Shown: positions 24,178 through 38,777 of the stretch, piece by piece | How positions within the stretch are numbered: the first letter of the stretch is position 1 | Layout of the letters: the number at the start of each line of letters is the position of its first letter | Assembly: GCA_002104905.1 (NCBI GenBank) | Contig: MCFE01000632.1 | Coordinates: 1 to 51,335 of the forward strand | DNA: 51,335 bases | From: Basidiobolus meristosporus CBS 931.73 | Taxonomy: Eukaryota > Fungi > Basidiobolomycota | Reading direction: 5' to 3' | Made by a program: the position numbers and the translations under genes | The notes under the pieces: model-generated | What the model saw: the letters and a program-made list of their open reading frames with translations, nothing else | What the model was told of the DNA's origin: nothing | Databases searched by the model: none

Positions 24178-24892
24178 AATGCTGAGCGCAGTACTTTATA
24201 GCTTTGCAGTATTTATTGGACTGCATGAGCTTCTTTAAACAAGGTATAACTGGAATTTATCAAGCATGTGAACAATGTCTTCCCCAAGTGGTGGTAGATT
24301 CCTGACAAGTTGGACACCTTGCAATGGAGGCATTTTCTAATGTGAGCTCCAGGTAACTGTTAACACATGCTGGAATCAGGACAGTCTCTAGTTCCTATGT
24401 TGCCAGCCACATGATGGCTTGCTATTTGTATAATGTAAATGGTAAGTTACATCCCAGGATAATTTTGGCAAGAAGTAGTAATAAATCCTCAAAGCCCCCA
24501 TCACCAATATCATTGGAAACACACCACTTCTGAAGCCATAACATCACATTATTCACCGGTAGATGGATTACTGGGCTCACTTTATTCCATAAAGTATCCT
24601 TGGCATTTTTTCCACAAGTGTTGTCTCATTACATAATGGGATTTTGTTGGGCTCATGCAGGGTATTGTTGTTAGGGAAGATAGGCTCACAATCTATCAAA
24701 GAGCCTGCTTCTTAAGAGCTATTACTCTGCATGCCATATATTGAAGGCAGGGCTGAGCATAGAGGCATCACAAATTTTCCTTACTCAGTATGCAGAAGGT
24801 GACAAGTACAGCCAGATGCTGTTATAGAAGTATCAAGTGACCAGCAAGATATTGTTGGTACAGCAGCCCTATAGAAGATAAGTTGGTCCTGC

Positions 24893-25590
24893 TGTAGCAG
24901 GGTCACAGTGACACCCACTGATAGAAGTGCTCATTCCCATATTTTCTACTACCCTAATATTAGCTTTATCCCATTTGTCTTACCTGATCAGTACTATCCC
25001 ATAAGCTGGCCGACTATCACTCCTGCTTACCTTATTGTATAAGTTATCTCTGACTTTACTTACAATTACTTGATGTGTGTGCTTCTTTATTAGGCAGGTG
25101 CCTGCGCCAGTGCCTGTAGCACATGACCAAGCCATGTCACCATCTCTACCATTCTCATACCATATATGGTATCCCTTTGTTACACCGGTTTCAGAATACT
25201 GATCCATGATTGGTTGGGTGTGCTGTGCCACTAGAAACCTTCTGGCACCTACTTGGAACATTCTTAGCTCATTTTGGTGCCATTAAGATTTCTATTAGAC
25301 CACTGGAACATACTGGAGCACCATGATCAGTAATCATTATGCCTGTGAGAAAAGTACATAAGGGAGGTAATCCCTCAACAATAAATCACCATCCCTTCTA
25401 TCAATATACCAACCTGTTAATTAGTATGATCACTGCTACCTGCTACTTCTGAACTTCCAATTTAGATCACAGGACACTCCCAGGAAACCATGCTGACAGT
25501 CAACTGACCTAGGAGGCACCATGTGCAGCATACTCAGAACAGGTATCTTTTATTTTATTTGATTCTTTCACAAGTTTGTTCTTGTACAAT
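24893..25590 (+). mobile_element. Partial LTR, subfamily A2 (3' end lost)
   Basis: Starts TGTAGCAGGGTCACAGTGACACCC; collinear with rc of 13971-13530 and 4007-3820. Confidence 0.8.
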
Positions 25591-26052
25591 TGATTCCTTA
25601 TTCCAGCTGATGGCTTATAGCTTGCCAACTTTGCGGCAACTGCATGTCAACTCTTGTACATTCTCTGTGGGAAGAAGATGTTCTTGGTGTTGGTGTTTGA
25701 GTAATAGTAATATGTGTGAGTTATGGAGTAAATCTCATGGATCTCACACATTTGACAGCAATACTGTTCATTGTGCCCAGAAAAGCTGGCTATCATGCGC
25801 ATGGCTGGGGTATCTTCAATGCAGATAACAATATGTGTGTTGTCATGATGGCCATTTGCTGTTATCCTGCTGGAAAACATACAAAACTCATCCAGCAATG
25901 GATGCAGGTGGTTATCCAGGTTAGACAGTGATTTAGGCCCAGAAATCAGTGACACTACCATCAGATTTTGGCGCTGATACTGTAGGATGGGCAGCAAATT
26001 CAGGTTGATGAGAATCAGTGGCCGACAAAATTTGCTGGTAGAGTACTTGTTG
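25590..26052 (-). pseudogene. Additional Tnp2 transposase fragment
   Basis: LPILQYQRQNLMVVSLISGPKS...GHNEQYCCQMC; paralog of ~23140-23610. Confidence 0.75.
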
Positions 26053-26099
26053 TGTTATGATCTGCCACTTGAATGCTTAGGTTAGATCAGTTTTAGTCT

Positions 26100-29000
26100 T
26101 TGGTTGCGGCAACTATTGTAAAAAGCCAGGACACTGAGCAAGAAAATGCATGAAGAAATAAGTAGACAAAAAGCAGAAACTAGAGCAGGCAAACCATAAA
26201 ACTACTAATGAACAGTTATTTGTAACTGTAAAAGAGAGTGCAAGTAACTAAAGTAATGAATGGTATATTGACTCTGGAGCCTCACGGCATATTTGTGGTA
26301 TAAAGGAGTGGCTTAGCAACTTGAAGACTATTCCCATAGGAAAGGTTTATCTGGGAGATAACTCTGCTCTAGAAGCTACTGCAAGTGGGTCTATACAACT
26401 AAATATAAGCAATTACTCAGGGGCAACAACAGCAAGACTCACTGAGGTACTATATGTACCTGGAATAGCTAAGAACCTACTCTCAGTCAGTCAATAACTG
26501 CTCAGGGGCTGAAAATTGTTTTTACTAAGATGAGCTGCTAAGTATTGAGTGAAAATGGACAAAAATTAGCTTTGGGAATCAGAGATCACAATATTTACAA
26601 GTTACACTGCAAGATCATTGTATCTGAGTATGTCATCATTGCAGAAATTGATGAAACCAACAGGGAGACATGGCATAGGAAGCTAGAGCACATTGGGGAA
26701 CAGAAAATTAGCCAATTGGTGAAAAATCAGCTTGTTTTGGGCCTAAAATACTCAATTCTGATCAAACTGAATGTCTGTAAGGGATATTCATATGGCAAAC
26801 AAGCTATGCAACATTTCAAGAGCTCAGAAAGCACCAATATCACAGAAATATTGGCTATTGTACACTCAGACATATGTGGCCCCATGAGAACACTGTCCTT
26901 TGGAGCCAAGAGATACTTTATGACATTTATTGATGACAAAACTAGATATACATGGGTGTACTTCCTCAAAACAAAGGATGAAGCTTGAGAGCTGTTTAAG
27001 CACTTCAAGAACATGGCAGAAACACAAACTGGGTGTATATTGAAGGTACTACAAAGTGCCAATTCAGGAGGATACTGTTCAAAGGAGTTTGCAAAATACT
27101 GCTTGACTACTGGTATACTTCAGCAGAATACAGTGCTTCATACTACACAGCAAAATGGAGTAGCGGAACATGCAAATTGAACAGTAGCAGAGATGGGAAG
27201 ATCTATGCTATACAACGAGGGAATTGACTACAGGTTTGGGCTGAATCTGTTGCTACTGCTGTATACATTAAAGCAGGTACCCAACAACAGGACTATGTGA
27301 TTCTACACCCTTTGTAGCATATATAGGCAAAAAACCAGATCTTTAGCATCTCAAGATCTTTGGCAGTGATGTTTTTTATCACATCCCTGAAAAAAACGCT
27401 CAAAGTTGGAATCAAAGAGTAGGAAAAGTATCTTTCTTGGGTATTGGAAAGATACCAAAGGGTATAGAGTGTATGATGGCATGATTCAGAAGCTGATCAA
27501 GAGCATGGATGTTGTATTGGAGGAGAATTCAGATCAGAAAGCCCCAGAAATCATTAGCCAGCTGCCCAATGATGATCAATGCTTATGAAGAAGACATGTA
27601 CCAAATTCAGCCAGATATGGAACATACTTCTGCCAGTCCCAGATTAAAACAGATTTTCCCAGTTAGGAGATCTACCAGAATGAGAAATGCCCCGGATCCT
27701 GGTGGCAAACATCCAATGATCAAGAAGAAGCTTATCTTGCCTTATGTGCCAAATCTCAGAATCTGGAACAGGCAATGCAAAGTCCAGATGCTACTTTGTG
27801 GCAACAAGCCATGCAGGAGGAGTACCAATAACTGATTAAGGCAAAAACATGGGAACTGGTAGATTCACCAAATGGGAGAAAGCCAACAGGATGTAGATGG
27901 GTCTAAAAGATCAAGATAACCTCAAATAGTGTCATTGATAAGTACAAGGCTAGATTGGTGGCTAAAGGCTATTCCCAAATCCAAGGACCGGACTTTAAGG
28001 AAACATTTGCCCTGGTTGCCAAGTTTAACTCCATTAGGACAGTTCAAGCCCTGGCAGCTGTAAACAGTCTAGATCTACACTAAATGAACGTCAAAACAGC
28101 CTTCCTAAATGGGGATTTGCAAGAAACTATATATATGGAGCAACCTGATGGTTTTACCAATATAAAAGACCCCCATAAGGTGTGCCAACATAGTAAATTG
28201 TTGTTTGGGCTTAAGCAGGCACCTAGAGCATGGTATAACAAGATTGACACATATCTAGAGAAAATTGGGTTCTCTCATAGCACTGCAGACCACAGTATAT
28301 ATGTAAAACAGCTCAAAAAGGGGATGATCATCCTAGTTCTTTATGTGCACGCCCTAATTATAGCTACAAGTGACAAAGAGGCACTTAAACAAACAAAATC
28401 AGATCTCTTCAGCAGGCTTGAGATGAAAGATCTTGGAAAATTGAGCTATTTTCTTGGAATTGAGGTCAAGTTTGACACACCTACGCAAAAAATTGTGCTG
28501 AATTAGATAAGTACAGTAGGAGCACTTTTAGATGCTTCAAAATGGAAAATTGTAAACCTGCAGCTACCCCTATGGACAATAATCCAAGATTAAGCAAATC
28601 TCTGCTAGTTATAGAGGAAAACAGCTCAAATATAGACCATAACTTTCCCTTTCAATCTATGGTTGGTAGCCTAATGTACTTGATGGTGTCTACATGTCCA
28701 GAAAATGCAGTGGCAGTTGCAATAGTCCATCAACTCAAGCAGAACTATGGATCAGATTGAATTGCACCAGTTAAGCAGATTTTCAATACCTACTAGGTAC
28801 CATAAATATGGTACTGAAATACTCTGGAGCAGCTAATTGGCAAAAATTTGATGGTTATAGTGATTTGGATTGGGGTAGGGATCTGATTGACAGATGCTCT
28901 ACCACAGGATATGTATTTCTTTATGCTGGTGCAGCTATTACTTGGAATTGCAAGAAACAACAAACTGTGGCCCTATCTACAACTGAAGCAGAATATATGG

Positions 29001-29607
29001 CTGCATGTCAAGCAACTAAGGAGGCTATATGGCTACATAATTATTCAAAGACTTAGGTTTTAATTCAGATGAACCAACATGTATTTACAAGGATAATCAA
29101 AGTTATATTTCATTAGCTAGAAATCCTATTAATCATGCCAGAACTAAGCACATTGATATACAGGATCACTTTGTGAGGGAAGTTGTAGAAAATAACTTGG
29201 TAGAGTTAGTGTACTGCCCAGCCCACAAAATGGTGGCAGATATATGGACAAAACCACTAGCTAGGCTAAAATTTGAGAATCATAGGGAGGTATTAGGATT
29301 AAGAAGTTATTTAGTTGAGGGGGAGTGTTGAAATATTGGATTATTTGGTATCATTCTGCCGCTAAAAACTTACTTAACATTCCTGGACTAGTCTTGGTCT
29401 CTGTGGGACTAGTTTACAGCTCTAACTTTGCCACTTTCTTCAGATCTATGATATTATAATTATTCCCCTATAGTCAGGATCAAATTAGCACTAACACTAA
29501 CTATTATGTACTAACCTTGAAACTGTTACAGAATGCTCCTGAATATTGAGAAACCCTATTACTTCTACAAAGGTATAAATACTGAGCTTCATTATTAATA
29601 AGCAACA
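26100..29607 (+). mobile_element. Degenerate Ty1/Copia element D2 (5' part missing; 3' LTR ~29326-29607)
   Basis: Motifs WYIDSGAS, WHRKLEHIG, HSDICGPM, NVKTAFLNG and STTEAEY. PPT GAGGGGGAG, then TGTTG...CAACA. Confidence 0.9.
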
Positions 29608-29639
29608 GTTCAGCTATCATCATTATTTCTTGATAAGTT

Positions 29640-31100
29640 CCTTATATGCCAATCACTTCTTGAATTGCAATAGCTTTATGGTAAGGTACCCAAGTGTGAA
29701 CTCTTCATGGAACATGTTGAATATCTGGGACATATAGCAACTAGCACAGGAGTTACCTTAGACCGTAAAAAGGTTGAAGTTATCAAGAATCTGAAGCAGC
29801 TCCATTGCATAGCGGAGCTCAGATTATTCCTTGGAATGCTCTTCTATTATTGGAGGTTGGTCAAGTCCTTTGCAAGTATTGCAGCTCCTTTAACTGATAT
29901 CCTCAAGTAAGAGAATACCTAAAAGTGGGACATAGCTTGTGAGACTGCCTTCCAGACACTCAAGAATGATCATGCTCAGCTACCAAGCTTAAGAATACTT
30001 GACTTCAGAAAAGAGTTTACTCTGTGCACATATGCATCCAATAATGCAATTAGTGGAGTGTTGAGCCAAGAACACAAGGGATAGGGCTACCCTGTTGCCT
30101 TTGAATCTAAGAAGCTGCACTCAGCAGAACAGAAGTATCCAGTGCATGAGAAGGAGACACTTGCTGTAATAAACTGTGTGAAGATATGGAAATGCTATAT
30201 TGAAGGAGTCAAATGAACTGTGAGAACTAATCATACCTCCCTCAAGTATATATTTACTCAGAAGGTACTCTCTAGAAGAATGGCAAAATGGAGGGAATAC
30301 ATTCAGCAATTTGATTTGGAGATTGTCTACTGCTCTGGAAAAAACAACATGGTTATTGACACCTTATCAAGATTAGAACAGGTTGCACAACTAAATCAGG
30401 GGCATGAATCAGATTGGCCTTGCCAATTACCAAAGTACTTGGAGGACCAAGTCATTCCTAATGAGGTGGATGAAGATATGAAGAAGATAATACAGGATGA
30501 AACCAGCAAATTTGTATTACAGGATGAAACACTCTACCAAATTGTTGATGGAAGCCGTATTGCCTGTTGCCCTTATGATGCTTGCCTGGATTTAATATAT
30601 AAGCTACACAATGCATATGGACATCTTGGAATTGAAGGAACCTATAGCCTTGTGAAAGTCAGAGCATGGTGGCCCAGAATGAAACATGACATTGAGAAGC
30701 TAGTGAAACATGCCCAAATTGCCAAATCAGCCAAGGGCAACAACAAAGGAAATACAACTGTTGCATCCTAGTAGCAATTGACTATGCCACTAAATGGCCA
30801 GTGGCTAAAGCTGTACCTATAGCCAGTGAACAAGAAGTTGTATGTTTCATCTACCAAGAGATGCTTATGAAGCTTGGATGCCCTGAAGAGATTCTATACA
30901 ATAGAGGAGCAAACTTTATGGCAAAGACATTGGAAGCTTACCTGGAAATGCAGGAGATCAAACACTTGAAAACCTCAGCATATCACCCCAGAACTAATGG
31001 AGTCACTGAACAGTTTAATGGATTATTTGGAAATATGCTGACCAAGTATGCAAAAGGGGTTGTCAGTAGATGGGATGAGTATATAAACCAGCTACTGATT
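29640..31100 (+). pseudogene. pol: Gypsy family E fragment 1 (RT C-terminus, RNase H, integrase N-part)
   Basis: VEYLGH, FASIAAPLT, RTNHTSLKY, RAWWPRMK and SAYHPRTNG. Confidence 0.85.
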
Positions 31101-31104
31101 TGAT

Positions 31105-34100
31105 AGATAACACTGATATACTTATAGACTAAACATATAACCAATTGATTTGACTAAAAACTGATATAACTTAAACATTCATGCAGGAGATCATAATATT
31201 CTCCCCTACTAAATTTAAGACGGTTCTCCTGAGCCTCCTTTCTTATGATACCTATACCTTGATGGTTCAGTATTATTTGGAAGCCTTACAAGCATCAGTC
31301 TGTCTCTATTAACTAAATCTTCCCATATATTCCCTGTATGTCCACTAATTGTTTATTTGCATATGGACATTCACTGATGATCTAGAAAGGTCCTGTCCAT
31401 TGTTGCTCAAACTTCTTCTGAGTCTTGTTTCTCAACAATATAAAGTTCCCAACTGTTACGGATTCTGGTGATATAGTCTTATCAAATCCCTGCTTCATCT
31501 TTTCTGTACTTTGAGATACTTTGGTCTGTGCCTCTTGACATCTTTTTTCCAGCTGCTGGTGTCTACTTGGTTGACTGAGTCCATCTTCTAAGGTGTCTGT
31601 AAGCTTTGGTTGCTTGAGATCTCCTGGAATTCTTGGTTCCCATCCATACACTAAGTAAAATGGCAATTGTTGGGTGGTGTTATGTACTCTTACTCTGCCT
31701 GCAAAAAGTGCTTGGTCTATATATTCATCCCATTTATTGACAGGTCCATTTACATACTTGGTCAGCATTGTTCCATATAATCCATTAAACCACTCGGTGA
31801 CTCCATTAGTTCTAGAGTGATACACCAAGGTTTTCAAGTGTCTTATTTGCTGCATTTCCAGGTAAGCTTCCAATGTCCTTGCCATAAAGTTTGCTCCTCT
31901 ATTGTATAGAATCTCTAGAGGGCATCCTAACTTCATAAGTATCTCATGGTAGATGAAACTTGCAACTTCTTGTTCACTGGCAACAGGTACTGATTTAACA
32001 ACTGGACATCTTGTGGCATGGGCAAATGCTACTAGGATCCAACAGTTGCATTTCCTGATAGCTGGCAGTCTTTCAATAAAGTCAATTCCCCATCTTTCAG
32101 ATGATCTTACTGGCTCCAAGGGAAAGAGCTTGGCTATTCTCTGTGGTTGGCCTTGGTTGATGTGGCAATTTGGGCATGTTTTCACTAGCTGCTGAATATC
32201 ATGCTTCATTCTTGGCCACTATGCTCTGGCCTTCACAATGCTATATGTTCCTTTGATTCCAAGATGTCCACATCCAGTTTATAGCTTGTTTGTTAAATCC
32301 AGGTAAGCAACATAAGGGCAACAGACAATACGACTTCCATCAATAATTTGCCATAGTGTTTCATCCTGTAATACAAATTTGCTGGCTTCATCCTGGATTA
32401 TCTTCTTGATCCCTTCATCCACCTCATTAGGATTGGCTTGGTCCTCCAAGTACTTTGGTAATAGGCTAGGCCAATCTGATTCATGCACCAAGTTGAGTTG
32501 TGCAACTTGTTATAATCTTAATAAGGCAGGGGCATTGGTGAGCCCAAAACTCATGACAAAGTGCTTGTAATGTCCATATCTGGTCCTGAAAGCCATCTAA
32601 GGGATGTCTTCTGACTTCACCCTAATCTTGTTGTATCCTGACATGAGGCCAATCTTACTGAATGTTATGGCTCCATTGAGTTGGTCCTAAAGCTCATCAA
32701 ACCAAGGTATGGGGTAATTATTCCTCACATCAACTGGGTTAAGGGATCTGTAGTCAATGCACATCCTGAGCATTTCATCATTCTTTTTCACAAAGAGTAC
32801 TGGTGCTCCCCAAGGTGACTTGCTGGGTCTGATATATCCTTGCTCCAGTAACTGATCTATTTGTCTCTTCATCTCTTTCAACTTCAATGGACTCATTCTG
32901 TAAGGTGTCTTACACACTGGAGGGCTATCTCCTGTGTCAATGACATGGTCCACATCTTTAACTGGTTGTAGTCTCATAAGTAGATCTAGAAATGCCTCTG
33001 AATATCCCTTGGAAAGAGTGTGGACCTTCTGGGGTACTGGAGTAGAGAAATTCTCCTGTAATAACACCATGAGGTACATCTGGATGCATTTTTTCAGTGC
33101 TTTACAGAAATGTATCTTGTTATGCTCACTTGTTTCACACACACTGGAATTGACCAAGTTGAAATTCAGTCTGGCAGGTAATTGTTTGTAGGTATGGTTG
33201 TTCTTCAGGATCTGAATAGCATGGGTTTTCCAGTATATTAGTGAATTACATCAAAATAGCCAGGTTTTTCCAAGAATATAGTCAAACTTGCAGTTCCCAA
33301 ATATGTAGGCCTGTAGGTTTTCTTTATAGTCATTATTCTTCATTCTTACTGGCAGAGTAATATGGTAGATTGTTTCAGAGCTCCCATCAGCTGTTGAGAC
33401 TTTAGTTGATTAGGTGAGTTCCTAGTATATTTCAGCTTTCAAGGCAAAATGCTCCAATTTGTGCTTCTGTGATGCTGCTGAGTCAATAATGATCTTGGCA
33501 GGTACTCCATTGATTACTCCTTCAAGTATAATGCTGTTTCTGAATTGGAAGGCATTTGGGATAGGGGGATGGTTCAAGAGTACATCTATGAGTGTAGATT
33601 TGTGGTAATGGAAAGTATTCCATTACTACAATATCTCAAAACCAGTATTGCACTCATTCTTTTATTTTGCTTTTTTGCTATTGTTGCACACAAGTGAAAG
33701 ATCAAGAAATTCTAACCCTGAAGAACAAATACTCCAGACCCTGAAAAGCAATCCACCCAAGAATATTATATCATACAGAACATGCAGTAGCACTACATGC
33801 TTCAAATTGCAACTCATTTGAATCAGTACTTGAAGAGTTATGACCAAAAGAGTCCAATTATCATATATACTAGGCCTCTATTGCTAGGATTACCATGATG
33901 ACTTTGATTGCATGTAACTTTTGACCCAGCCACTCAAATCACGTGAGATTCTTGCAGGTGCTGTGCCTATGTTCAATCTGTGCCACTGCAAAATATTAGC
34001 TTCATATCACATGCATTGCATGTGCAATTGCCCAAAACCTTGATCCTTCAGAAATTTCATATATATGACTTCCCCAGCTCAAAAATAAAGAGAGCCACTC

Positions 34101-34290
34101 TTTCCAGAATCCTCACACTACAATTGTAAGCTTAAAGGTTATCAGACTTCCCCTGCACCACTTGCACTGTTGAGTATTCTGACTTTGATTGGTACTACAT
34201 CAGTAAAGAAACTGCAAAGCTCACAACAATCCAATCTAAGTTCTAAAAGAAAACTACCACTTTTCCGTCAGAAAAGTCCCCTCTAAGAAA
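31105..34290 (-). mobile_element. Gypsy family E fragment 2 (PR, partial RT, integrase, PPT, start of 3' LTR C)
   Basis: PYRMSP...[12 protein letters not shown]...MCIDYR (32687-33157) and integrase ORF 31382-32209 ending WTGPF. PPT AGTAGGGGAGAA abuts LTR C sequence at 31198. Upstream boundary uncertain. Confidence 0.82.
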
Positions 34291-35870
34291 CCCCTTTACT
34301 AATTTGGAGATTGTCAACTGCCTTGGGAAAGACAACACATTTGCTGATGATTAATAACAACTGCAACAAGTTGCCTGACTCAATTTGGATCACAAAATGG
34401 ATTGGCCTAGCTTATTACCATGGTACTTGGGGGACCAAGCCATTCCTAACGGGGTGGATGCAGTGATCAAGAAGATAATAGAGGATGAAGCCAGTAAGCT
34501 TGTATTACAGGATGAAACACTCTGCCAAATTGTTGATGGAAGACCTATTGCCTATTGCCCTTATGTTACTTGACTGGATTTAATAAATAAGCTACATAAT
34601 GAATATGGATATCTTGGAACTGGAAGAACCTATGGCATTGTAAAGGCCAGAGCATGGTGGCCCAGAATGAAACAAGATATTTGGCAGCTAGTGAAAGCAT
34701 GCCCAGATTGCCCAATCAACCAGGGCCAGCCACAGAGAAATGCTGTACTCCTTGCATTAGAGCCTGTGGGACCATTTGCAAGATGGGAAATTGACTTTAT
34801 TGGAAGACTGACAACCACCAGGAAATGCAACTGTGGAATCCTGGTAGCAATTGACCATGCCATTGAATGGCCAGTGGCTAAAGTGCTACATGTAGTCAGT
34901 GAGCAAGAAGTTGCAAGTTGCATCTGCCATGAGATCCTTATAAAGTTAGGATGCCATATAGAGAATTTATCCAATACAGGAGTAAGCTTTATGGCAAAGA
35001 CATTGGAAACTTACCTTGGAATGCAGCAGATCAAACACTTGAAAACCTTGGCATGTCACCCTAGAAATAATGGAGTGACTGAGTGGCTGAATGGATTATT
35101 TGGAAAATGCTGACCTGCATGCAAATGGAGCTGTCAGTAGATGGATAAGTATATAGACCAAGCACTTTTTGCCTGCAGAGTTAGAATGCACAACACTACC
35201 CAACAATTTCCATTTTACTTAGTGTAAGGATGTGAACTAAGGATTCTAGGAGATCACACACAACCAAAGCTTACAGATGCCTTTGAAGATTTGCTTAGTC
35301 AGTCAAGTAGACACCAGCAGCTGGAACAACAATGTCAAGGCACATGCCAAAGTATCTCAAAGTGCAGAAAAGATGAAGCAGCAATTTGATACAACTATAT
35401 CATCAGAATCATTGACAGTGAGGAATTCTGTAATGCTGGGAAACAACACTCAAAAGAAGTATGGTCCACAGTAGACAGGATCATTCAGGAACATCAGAGA
35501 GTGTCCATCTGCAACTTACAAACTTACGGACAAATAAGAGAGTATCCGGGAAGATTTAGTTCATAGCAACAGACTCAAGCTTCAAAGACTTGCCAACAAT
35601 ACCAAACCATCAAGATATTGGTATCACAAGAAAAGAGATTCAGGAGAACCCTCTCAACTTTAGTAGGGGAGAATGTTATGTTCTACTGCTTAAATGTTGA
35701 AGTTAGATCAGTTTTAGTCAAATCCATTAGTTTTATGTTTAGCCCATCAGTATATCAGTGTTACCAATCAAATCAGTAGCTTTGGTCAGCAAATGAATCA
35801 GCAGATCCTTATCAGACAGCAATACATATATTGAGTAGGAGCTTATTGGGTGATGCTGATGCAATCAGAT

Positions 35871-38777
35871 AGACTTGTTTTGTTGGATAGTGCCACATAG
35901 TGCTAGCCTGTTTATAGTGCCAGGTTGATCTGGCAGTCTATGGCCCCATCTGGCACTAAAATCTCTACCATGATGCCAGTGGTAGGATATAGTTACTGAT
36001 GATTTTACTAAATCTTATTTATGTTGCTCAGAGTAGTGCTTTCCTTGTTTATTTACTGTTGATAATGCTGTAGACACATTTCTCACAGTGGATGTCTTTT
36101 TGTATGAATGTACTGTGCATTGATAAGTATCTTAACTATTTTACCTATTCTGCTGTTTTCTCCTATATATGACTTTCCACAGTATTTACCTGCCAATATG
36201 CTGAATCTCTTTAGATATCCAAATGTATGCTCTGCCCTCACTCTGAAATGATTAAATATCTGATTGTAGAGCTTCTGCTTCCTGCTAAGCACACCATTCC
36301 TTGGCTTCCTATAAGCTGTAAAACATCCTAATCTCTGACAATCCTTTCCTATAAAACCAGTTGATGTTACCCTAAATGTCAGACAATGCTTAAAACTTCA
36401 CACAGCACACCTTGTACTTGCCAGAATACAAGTGCCTCTGCCCTCTTGAATGTCTGTCAATCCTGACTGAGAAGGTATCCAAAATATTCCATATATGGAA
36501 CCTGTTGCTGAACACTCTGGGATATGGAAGTCTATTGGAGCTTCTGAAACTAGTACTACAAGCTTGCTCTAAGTGATATATACCCTCTGCAATGTGGTTC
36601 TCCATTGCTGTCAGCTAGGAAAGAAAGCTTCAAGGACTTTGCTCCCATGGATGGTAAGTTGAAGCCTTGTGGGGCAATAGTTCTCATGATATCAGTGGAG
36701 CTTAACAAGGGATTTCCACAAGTATATTGGGGTAGATGGTCCACAGTACTTGGTATAGGTCTCCTCTAGTGTGCCAAAAGGAAATCAGGTGGTAGTGATG
36801 GGACTGATGAGAAAAGACCATTCAGATGAGTAAGTCATATTAAAGTTGGTAGATGATTGGGCTGAGGTGAGTTGGATTGATTTGGCATGATCAGCATTAT
36901 TTATCTGATTTTCCATGCATTATGATTAAATCTCAATCAATTGCCATGTATCCCATCATTATGTTGCAAAAATCATCCTCAAACAATGACTTGGTATTTT
37001 TATTGATGTTTTACTTGCAGGTCTATAATCAAATAGGAAATCTGCAACTGATGTGATCTGATCTGTGTCAATGCAATTCAAAATGCATCATGCATAATAT
37101 AAGGAAAATTCAACAATAACATTAGTTTTCATATATAATTCATATATTACCAGGCTGTTGCCAATACTCTACTGTATAGTATCCAAATCTGTCACTATGG
37201 TCCCTATACCAAGTCTCAGCTCTTCTTTAGTATAGCCTGGACAAAACCCATTTCCCAGTTCACAAGCACAGTCTGGACTGGTAAAGCTGATGTTGGATTT
37301 GTTCAAGTTCTTGCCAAGCAATTTCAGTATGACCCAAGTGTCTATGATGAGCCTTCATGTAGATATTTGGGCACTACTCATTAATGTAGCATAACTAGAT
37401 ACCTCAGAGAGTTGACAGGGGTGGAAGAACCTGAGTAGAAAGCTGTGTCATGAGTTCTACATCAAGATAATAGCAGTTGTATGTAAGAAGATATATAATA
37501 AGACAAGTATTGAAATCAAGAATGAACTGAGAGTGAGGCAATTTGCTGAGGAAGCCATGCGGGAACATTGTGCACGCAGTTTGCTCAGTACAGGCTGGAT
37601 GTGTTTGTTTGTACATTGACTTTGGGAACCAAAGAGATTTTGAATGAGTTTTTGCCTCAAATGACCAGTATACTCGGTGATATATTAGTAGAGCTAAGTG
37701 GCTTCAATGAGCAAAATACACAGGACTCATCCAGGCAACAGTTCCAAAGTATCAGACAGAGGGTAAGTGAATACCTTAAGGAATCAGAAGGTGAACTCCA
37801 AGAGGAAGAGTACAGACTGTAAGCAACAGCTTCTAGATCATGCCAGCACATGTTGCTGGATTCCTAACCATCCCTTGCAACATCTGTGTGCCAGTGCATG
37901 TCAGTCCATACTATGCTAACACCCTTGACAAGAGCATTCTGCATTAAGTCAATACAGGTCAGGTCAATGCATGCACTTCAGAGCAAAACCACTAGAACTT
38001 GCTAAACTGCTCACTTGGACACAAGTCCATTGGAGTGGACTGAGTTGCATCAACAAGTGGCATCACATCAAACTCAGCCAAGGGCCATGCAAGAACATCA
38101 AGTTGCGTCTGCATGTGCCATTACACCTGACCATTAGCAAGTTTCTTCTGGTGAACTGACTGATGATGGCCCACATGAAGTGGCTCCACCACCAGAGCCT
38201 TTGGAAAGTAAAAGAATGCATCAGTGCAGCCATTTGATCTGATTTGCACCTACACAATTAGTTGCATGCTGGCTATGACACCTAGTCCAATCACTAGGAT
38301 CAGGGATTTACCTGCTTAATGGGCAAAATGGAATATTTGATGGCAACTCAGGTAGCTTGTGTACTGGTCAAAAAGCCAATTGGGGGCTGACAGCTTTGGG
38401 ATACTTTTGGACCAATTAACCACTGAGATACCATCCAATTGGAGTGATGGTAACCAAAATGGTAAGCACCAGTGTAGTTTATAATGTGATGGGCATTTAT
38501 TTCCATTTACATTAAAGAAACATATCCAAATACCTGATTTTACCAACCATATTAGCTGTATCCACTTGCACATGTGGTGCAAATATTACAAGTTGGTGCA
38601 ATCATGTGTGCCAACCTCATTGTGTCAGATTGTGCCATAGTGTGCAAGATTGTCTCACATGGTGCAAAATTGTCCAAGAGCAATCCTGCCTACTGGTAGC
38701 TACAATATTGCACTCAATTGCTCTTAGAGACTGTGGATTGTACTGCCTGCCCTAGCAACATACAATGGAACAAGTCT
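35871..38777 (-). mobile_element. PIF/Harbinger-ISL2EU (PHIS)-type DNA transposon, 2.9 kb
   Basis: TIRs AGACTTGTT.../...AACAAGTCT, 3-bp TSD GAT/AAT (empty paralog has AAT), and DDE_Tnp_4-like fragments. Confidence 0.8.
36083..36744 (-). pseudogene. DDE_Tnp_4-like transposase fragments
   Basis: LDTFSVRIDR...QRHLYSGKYK, AYRKPRNGVLSRKQKLYN and RVRAEHTFGYLKRF match the Harbinger/ISL2EU catalytic motifs. Confidence 0.75.

Larger units (their letters stand above)
21848..24892 (-). mobile_element. CACTA-like copy Y3, partial, with Tnp2 pseudogene; interrupted by a solo LTR C and a MITE
   Basis: Terminus CTATATGAAGAATAATTTGG...GTGGATCC matches the terminus at 39631. Transposase pieces at 21991-22350 and 23268-23665 are paralogous to Y1. 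Confidence 0.75.

Noticed and set aside
26102-26110. GGTTGCGGC matches the start of fungal 5S rRNA (Cassandra-like idea)
   Set aside because: Only 9 nt match; the rest does not resemble 5S.
37568-37822. Plus-strand ORFs as a host gene (also 40759-41377)
   Set aside because: They lie between the TIRs of the duplicated PHIS element and are broken differently in each copy.
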